Assembly (NCBI GenBank): GCA_965262915.1
Contig: OZ253564.1
Span: 3,360,001-3,424,000 of the forward strand
Length of the DNA: 64,000 nucleotides
Reading direction: 5' to 3'
From: Candidatus Spongiisociaceae bacterium
GTDB lineage: Bacteria; Actinomycetota; Acidimicrobiia; Spongiisociales; Spongiisociaceae
Numbering within the stretch: position 1 is the stretch's first letter; every line of letters starts with the position of its first letter. A model generated the notes under the pieces. It did no database searches, was not told the DNA's origin, and saw nothing but the letters and a program-made list of their open reading frames with translations. A program made the position numbers and the translations under genes. Shown one piece after another: positions 58,298 through 64,000 of the stretch.

Positions 58298-61066
58298 TCA
58301 GTTCTCTCGGGTCTGCGCTTCCCTGGCCTGGGCGGAAGCCGATGGAGGGACCGGCGCGAAGTAACCGACGATGAGGAGGAGCACACCCACCCCGAGGAAG
58401 GACACCACCCGAGCCACCGTCCCGGTGTTGCTGAGGTCGAACACGAAAAGCTTGACGACTACTACCGCCATCAGCGACGCACCGCCGACCCATACGGTGC
58501 GTCGTGCCAAGCGCACGCCGACCACCATTCCGGAGAGCCCCGCCAGGCCCCAGACAATGGAGAGCGACGCATGCAGGGTCGTGGAGTCGATCATTGCAGC
58601 CAGTTCGAACGGAACCCCTAGCCAGTGGTGGACCGTTCGGGCCACAGCCATGGTAGAGAAAACCACGCCTATGACCGTCATTCCAGGGGCCCAGGATCTG
58701 CCGACGAAGTCTTCGAGTTCATGGTCCTCCTCGGCCTCAACCAGTCTCTTCCAAGTCAGCACCACCAGGACCACGAGGGCTGTCAGGATTTCCAGCGGGT
58801 TGAGCAGCGGGAGGTAGGTCAGCGGCGGTGCATCGCCGGCCGACGTGAGGTTGATCGAGAGAACCGTCAGCGCCAGCACGAGGATCGCCGGACCTGCGCA
58901 CGCTGTGAGGTAGGTTCGCCAGTGGGCACCCAGCGGCCAGTCCACCTCCTCCCGCGCTAGCAACGTGGTGGCCACCACTGCCAGGACCGTTCCCAGAGCC
59001 GCGGTGATCGGCCACACTCCAGAGGCGGCTCGATCGATCTGCCAGTAGACCTCCGTCCCGAGCAGAACAGCGAGGATCCAGTAACCGGCCGCGTGCATCG
59101 TTGCCATGAGCCGAGGAAAGGCGCTCTCCCGCAGACGCAGAACCGCGTAGTACATCCCCAACCCAACGATCCAAGCCGCCCAGCCGTTCATCTCGAACGG
59201 ATGGTCCTGGACGGCCAGTGTCCGAATCGATGCCAATACCAGGGAGGGCAGCAGAAACGCACCCGTAATCGCCAGCCGCGGCCAGCGCACCGCCGGCGCC
59301 GCCAACGCCATCCCTCCGAGCGAGACCATGACGAACACGATCGACGAACTCAACTGATCATCTGCCCGAATCTGGCCCGTGATCTCCATGAGTCCGGCCC
59401 CGAGCCACCAGCCGACCCCCCAGAACAGCGCGACCCAAGGGAGGACCTTGAAAATCCTCAGTAGATCTTCCTTCGGTTCGACTAACCGGCTTGTGAACAG
59501 CCCGGCGGCTGCCAGTGCAACTGCTCCCAGGAAGAACCCGTTGATCAGGGGCGTTGTACCGTCTGGATAAGGAAGATACTCGACGAGATAAACTACGAAT
59601 GCTATCCCGGCGAGACTCTGCAGAAGACTGCCGCCCAAGATAGCGAGTAAACGTGCTTGCCGGACGCCGACCCAGACCAGAAAAGCGCCCTGCAGCACCC
59701 AAGCTATGGAAATGTATTGGACATCGAACGCCAGCGGTACCGCAATGGCGAGAAAGGTCATCCCCAGCGCTGAATAGGCATCTCGAAGAGGACGAGATTC
59801 CTCACCGAACCGGTGAGCTGTCACTGCGAACAATCCATGGATCACGGCCAGCACCAGAGCACTGATCGCGGGTCCGTACTCGAAGTGATCGGTCAGGATC
59901 GATTGGAACCCCAGACCGACGAACGGAAGACCGAACAAGAGCGGCATGGTCATCCAGTCTCTTATATCCAGGCGTTGCCGAACGGCGAACAGGAGCGGGA
60001 TCGTCATATACATGAATACCAGCAGAGCGATCAGCGGCTGGGTAGTCGCCCAGTCTTGCTCCTCATACCTGTTGAATAGCCAGAATACGGAAGCCCCTAG
60101 CGTGAACCCAAGACCCAACAGATTCAGCTCCGGCCAGATCTTGAACCAGGCAACAGCAACGATGGCGGCGCTCAGGATCACATAGAAGCCGAAAACGAGA
60201 ACATGATCCTCGGCATCGGAGTACGCCAGGATCGGAGCTAGGAAACCACCGATTATGCCGAGCACCGCCAAGGATCGGGAGTCCTGAGCAACAGCCAGTA
60301 CACCGGCGCCGACGGTGACAACTATGACCGATACGGCGGCGACCGGAGCCGGCAGGAGGTCGTACACCGCGTGCGCCACGTACGTGGTCAGGTAGAGGAC
60401 GGCGATCCCACCTCCCTGGAGGCTCAACCCGTAGATCGCGTTGCGGTCGCGCACGCGCCACCCCACCACCAGCAACAGCACACCGAACAGCGCAACCAGA
60501 ATGTGGCGCACCTCGATGGTAAGGGTGATCCACCCCTGTTCGAGAGCCACGCCGAGCAGGAACCCCAACCCGATGAGTGAGAGCAGCACCCCCACCTTGA
60601 CGGGAACGTTGCCGGTGGTGGCCCAGGTCTTGATCAGATCGAACACTCGGGCCCCGACACTGAACGAAGGGCCTTGATAGGCGACGGGCACACGCATAGC
60701 GTCCTGCACCTCGGCGCCCGGCGCAGCAGCACCTTCGACCGCCCGGGGTAGCACCGGAGGGAGCGGTTCGGGCTCGAACGGAGCCGACGTGACATCGGAC
60801 ACGGGCACGGGCAGAGGAGGTGACGGCGGCCGCTCCTCGGCAACCTCGGGAGGCACCGCCGGCTTGTCCAAACGGGCGCCTGCTCCCGCTGTCGCCTGAG
60901 ACTGCTCCACCTCTTGGACCCGGTGTCCGACCTCTTGGACCCGGCGTCGAAGCTTCACTACTTCAGCGACCAGGAACCCCGTGAGACCACCGAACAAGAA
61001 GCCGCCACCGCCATCCAGTAGCCAAGCCCCGAATCCGATACCGATGATGATGAAGACGGCAGTCAT
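58298..61066 (-). CDS. DUF2339 polytopic membrane protein
   Basis: GNVPVKVG, LQGGG and C-terminal KLFVFDLS..RVVSFLGVGVLLLIVGYFAPVPP; many TM helices. Confidence 0.88.
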   Translation of the reverse strand: MTAVFIIIGIGFGAWLLDGGGGFLFGGLTGFLVAEVVKLRRRVQEVGHRVQEVEQSQATAGAGARLDKPAVPPEVAEERPPSPPLPVPVSDVTSAPFEPEPLPPVLPRAVEGAAAPGAEVQDAMRVPVAYQGPSFSVGARVFDLIKTWATTGNVPVKVGVLLSLIGLGFLLGVALEQGWITLTIEVRHILVALFGVLLLVVGWRVRDRNAIYGLSLQGGGIAVLYLTTYVAHAVYDLLPAPVAAVSVIVVTVGAGVLAVAQDSRSLAVLGIIGGFLAPILAYSDAEDHVLVFGFYVILSAAIVAVAWFKIWPELNLLGLGFTLGASVFWLFNRYEEQDWATTQPLIALLVFMYMTIPLLFAVRQRLDIRDWMTMPLLFGLPFVGLGFQSILTDHFEYGPAISALVLAVIHGLFAVTAHRFGEESRPLRDAYSALGMTFLAIAVPLAFDVQYISIAWVLQGAFLVWVGVRQARLLAILGGSLLQSLAGIAFVVYLVEYLPYPDGTTPLINGFFLGAVALAAAGLFTSRLVEPKEDLLRIFKVLPWVALFWGVGWWLGAGLMEITGQIRADDQLSSSIVFVMVSLGGMALAAPAVRWPRLAITGAFLLPSLVLASIRTLAVQDHPFEMNGWAAWIVGLGMYYAVLRLRESAFPRLMATMHAAGYWILAVLLGTEVYWQIDRAASGVWPITAALGTVLAVVATTLLAREEVDWPLGAHWRTYLTACAGPAILVLALTVLSINLTSAGDAPPLTYLPLLNPLEILTALVVLVVLTWKRLVEAEEDHELEDFVGRSWAPGMTVIGVVFSTMAVARTVHHWLGVPFELAAMIDSTTLHASLSIVWGLAGLSGMVVGVRLARRTVWVGGASLMAVVVVKLFVFDLSNTGTVARVVSFLGVGVLLLIVGYFAPVPPSASAQAREAQTREN

Positions 61067-61329
61067 GCCCTTTGTCCCCGCACTGACCGATACGGTAGCA
61101 GTGGGGTCTTGCAGGCTCGTAGCCGAAAAGCGGTCGGGCCAAGGGGCGCGGACCCACATGCCGGCAAGGTGGCCGGGCCACGGACCGCAACCGGCCCTTC
61201 CCTCTCCCCTCGCCTCAGTCGGGCAGGATGATCGATCCATGTCGGAGGACCCTCACCCCGTTCGTACCTGGTGGGGGATAGCTTTGACACGACCGGAGCG
61301 GCGTGCCACCCTCCCTTCCGAACAACGCG

Positions 61330-61408
61330 CTTATCAAGAGTGGTGGAGGGACAGGCCCTGCGAAACCACGGCAACCGATGCGTTCGGTGCCAATGCCTGA
61401 TCGATGAG
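61330..61408 (+). ncRNA. SAM-I (S-box) riboswitch aptamer lacking P4
   Basis: CTTATCAAGAG.GGTGGAGGGAC.GGCCC..GAAACC..GGCAACC..GGTGCCAAT.CCTG..GATGAG follows the S-box consensus; P1 is CTTATC/GATGAG. Confidence 0.9.
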
Positions 61409-61696
61409 TCGAACCAACGGCGGACCTCCGCTGTCGGTGCTCACGTAGAGCGCGTAACGACAAAGAGGAGGAAACGCCGGCCATGATCCTGTACGGAGCC
61501 CCCTACTCCCACACCGCACGCAACGCCCTGCGCACCTCCTGTAGAAGGGCGTGTTCGTGCTCTCGGGTGAATAGCCCGGGACAACGTGGGTTGTCCCCCT
61601 GATCGCCGCCATCCGAGAGCCCAACCAGGCGCAACCAACCAACCCGGTCCGCAACCGCTGCGCGCCCGGACGGGTACATCAACGAAAGGACCAGCA

Positions 61697-62218
61697 ATGA
61701 CAACCGTGGCCGAACAGAAACTCAACGACGTGGACCTCGAAGCAGTCGGCGCTCTGGTCGCCGCCGTGAAAGAGGACCCGGAGCAAGGCCAGACCGAGTG
61801 GCAGGCGACCGTGACCTGGAAGGGCGCGTTCCGGTCCGAGGTCTCCATCCGGGACTTCGATCCCATCCCCTCCGACGAACCTCCGGGCCTAGGCGGCACC
61901 GACACGGCGCCCAACCCGGCGGAGCAGGTGCTGGGAGCGCTGGGTAACTGCCTGGCCGTGGGGTATGCGGCCAACGCCTCGGCGCAGGGCGTGGAGATCA
62001 ACGATCTCAGGATCGAACTCAGCGGGGATCTCGATATCCAGACCTTCCTCGGACTGAAACCCGGCCACGCTGGCTATGGCGGCCTGTCGGTGAAGGTCCA
62101 TCTCGACTCCGACGCCACCGAGGAGCAACTGTCGACCCTCCACCAGACGGTCGTCAACGGCTCGCCGATCGGTCACACGCTCAGCAACCCGGTGCCCCTC
62201 AGCATCGAACTGGCCTGA
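61697..62218 (+). CDS. OsmC/Ohr-family protein
   Basis: DEPPGLGGTDTAPNPAE..LGNCL and SPIGHTL (second Cys replaced by Ser); AAAGGA RBS. Confidence 0.9.
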   Translation: MTTVAEQKLNDVDLEAVGALVAAVKEDPEQGQTEWQATVTWKGAFRSEVSIRDFDPIPSDEPPGLGGTDTAPNPAEQVLGALGNCLAVGYAANASAQGVEINDLRIELSGDLDIQTFLGLKPGHAGYGGLSVKVHLDSDATEEQLSTLHQTVVNGSPIGHTLSNPVPLSIELA

Positions 62219-62352
62219 TCGACGTATCCGCTCACCGCGGACCTGTCCCGGCTTACCAGGCACCCAGCAGCATGGCACAGCCTGCCTAGCCGGGGCGGTC
62301 CGTAGAAACCAAGTGGTGCCTTGCGGCGTGTCGAAGGGGGCGTCAGGACGGT

Positions 62353-62706
62353 CTACGACTCGATAGCCTGGGGATGTTTGGGCTCGTAGATCATGACTTC
62401 GACGCCACCGGGGAGCACCGCCGTGGTACCGATCCCCCACCCCATGTCGACCGGGGGCCCATGGAACCTGAGACCCTTGGCGCTCAGATCCGCAATGGTG
62501 GAGTCCATGTCATCGCACATGAATGAGATCGCGTGGTTCGTTGCGCCCTCGGAAGGGTGGACACCGAGTTCGGCGGACGGAAGGCGGAATATCAGCCATC
62601 CGTCCCCGCTGTCGATGTTGTCGAAACCGAAGGCGTGCGCCAGGATCGAGCGTGCCTCATCCGCTTGAGGGGTATAGATGAGCAGATGGGTCCCGATGAT
62701 CGCCAT
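62353..62706 (-). CDS. VOC/glyoxalase-family protein
   Basis: THLLIY, GWLIF, ISFMCDD, GWG and LPGG..IYEP. Confidence 0.85.
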   Translation of the reverse strand: MAIIGTHLLIYTPQADEARSILAHAFGFDNIDSGDGWLIFRLPSAELGVHPSEGATNHAISFMCDDMDSTIADLSAKGLRFHGPPVDMGWGIGTTAVLPGGVEVMIYEPKHPQAIES

Positions 62707-62871
62707 CCCTATCCCCTTCCTTCGATCACCAGACCGTTGGCGGTCGCTGAGGACCATGATATGGGACCGCGGTCCATCTCATCGGCGGCTCAGGTGACCC
62801 CCGGGTCGTTGGGCTAGGCTGATCCAACAGGACTGCACCGGCGCCTGCTCGAGTTCGGTCGGAGGGAGTTC

Positions 62872-63924
62872 ATGCCGCATGTGATGACGGTGCGTGGCCC
62901 GATCAACCCGTCCGAGTTGGGCCCCACGATGACACACGAGCACATCTTCCTGGATGTCCGCCACGCCTGGAGTCCTTCCGCAGAGATTCTCGACACCGAG
63001 GCGGGCACCCGGCCCTTCGAAACCCGGCTGGCGGGTGTTAGTCGCTGGAACCAGTCGGCCTACCGGAGCAACCTCGTGCAGAGTCCCGAGGACGACTACG
63101 AGCTCATCTCCGAGGAGGTCGCCGAGTACGTGCACGCCGGCGGTGGCGCCATCGTCGAGTTGACCGTGATCGGCCTCAACCCGGAACCCGAGGCACTGGC
63201 GCGGCTCTCGGAAGACCTGGGTGTGCATATCGTCGCTGGTACCGGGTTCTATGTGAGCGCCCTCCACCCCCCGTGGGTGCAAGGGATGAGCGTCTCCCAA
63301 CTGACCGAGTTTCTCCGCAAGGAAGTCACCGAGGGCATGGGGGGCACCTCGGTCCGGCCCGGCATCATAGGTGAGATAGGCACGTCCGAGACGCTGTTCG
63401 AAGTGGAGGAACGTGTGCTACGGGCATCCGCTCGCGTAGCGGTCGAGACCGATACCCCGATCAACGTCCATTGCCATCCTCCGGCTCTCGAAGTCGTCCA
63501 GCGCATCCTCGACATCCTCGAAGGCGAAGGCCATCCCCTGGGTCGCACCTCCCTCTCACATCTCGACGAGATCACCGACCTCGACTACCACCGCTCGGTC
63601 CTCGAACGGGGCCCGCTGGTCGGGTTCGACAGCTTCGGACAGGACGGCTACTTCGAACCGACATGGAAGTCGAAGAGTGACCAGGCCAAGCTGGAGACCA
63701 TGCTCGCGCTGGTCGAGGCCGGGTTCGAAGATCAGCTGCTGATGTCCCAGGACATGCACAAGAAGCACTACCTGCTCCGCTACGGAGGTCTCGGTTACAA
63801 CCACGTCCTCGCCCGGGTCGTTCCCCGGATGAAGGCCACGTACGGCGCCGGCGCCGGGCTGATCGACAAGTTGCTGGTCACCAACCCGGCGAGGTTGCTG
63901 ACCAGGAATTCCGAGGCCGCATAG
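62872..63924 (+). CDS. Phosphotriesterase-related amidohydrolase (second paralog)
   Basis: THEHI, GGGAIVE, IGEIG, NVH, SHLD and MSQD. Confidence 0.92.
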   Translation: MPHVMTVRGPINPSELGPTMTHEHIFLDVRHAWSPSAEILDTEAGTRPFETRLAGVSRWNQSAYRSNLVQSPEDDYELISEEVAEYVHAGGGAIVELTVIGLNPEPEALARLSEDLGVHIVAGTGFYVSALHPPWVQGMSVSQLTEFLRKEVTEGMGGTSVRPGIIGEIGTSETLFEVEERVLRASARVAVETDTPINVHCHPPALEVVQRILDILEGEGHPLGRTSLSHLDEITDLDYHRSVLERGPLVGFDSFGQDGYFEPTWKSKSDQAKLETMLALVEAGFEDQLLMSQDMHKKHYLLRYGGLGYNHVLARVVPRMKATYGAGAGLIDKLLVTNPARLLTRNSEAA

Positions 63925-64000
63925 AAATCCTATGCCGTTCTGCGGGTATCGGGCGGTGCGCCCCGCGCATAATGGAACCGGTGGGTTTTGCCGCCTAATC

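Noticed and set aside
60906-60946. 21-bp-period repeat in the DUF2339 gene
   Set aside because: In-frame heptad duplication (RVQEVGH/RVQEVEQ) in a coiled-coil linker; ordinary.
1-64000. rRNA, tRNA, prophage or integrative element
   Set aside because: No cloverleaf or rRNA-like tract, intact integrase or phage structural gene was recognised by eye; a covariance-model search would be needed to exclude small RNAs.

Overview
High-GC bacterial window. Two F420-dependent PPOX enzymes, SLH domains, Thr/Pro-rich lipoprotein linkers and DtxR-like operators point to Actinomycetota, most likely Acidimicrobiia. The plant-type LRR fusion hints at a host-associated lineage such as a sponge symbiont; this is inference only. 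The window is an accessory, catabolism-rich region. It holds an M20 amidohydrolase/RraA pair, a YihU-like sulfolactaldehyde reductase divergent from a formylglycine-generating enzyme, and a damaged SDR/TIM-barrel/Tm-1-like/flavin-oxidoreductase operon. It also holds an E2-less TPP-dehydrogenase cluster, a peptide-type ABC operon with a class IV aminotransferase, cupin and phosphotriesterase-like gene, an iron ABC/ferritin locus, sthA and a DrrAB-type exporter. Mobile or selfish DNA comprises an intact IS630, a DUF222-HNH gene, three TA modules (two lacking a working toxin) and five copies of a ~90-110 bp MITE-like element. Several signals are not in the ORF track: a family of 35-37 aa single-helix membrane peptides with conserved leaders (type I toxin-like) at 44.3-46.4 kb, a P4-less SAM-I riboswitch ahead of an OsmC-family gene, and multiple deletion scars fusing gene halves. 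Other notable genes are a DacB-LRR-SLH fusion and a stand-alone Rnl1-type RNA ligase. No rRNA, tRNA or CRISPR array was seen. All family calls come from motif recognition by eye, not from database searches.
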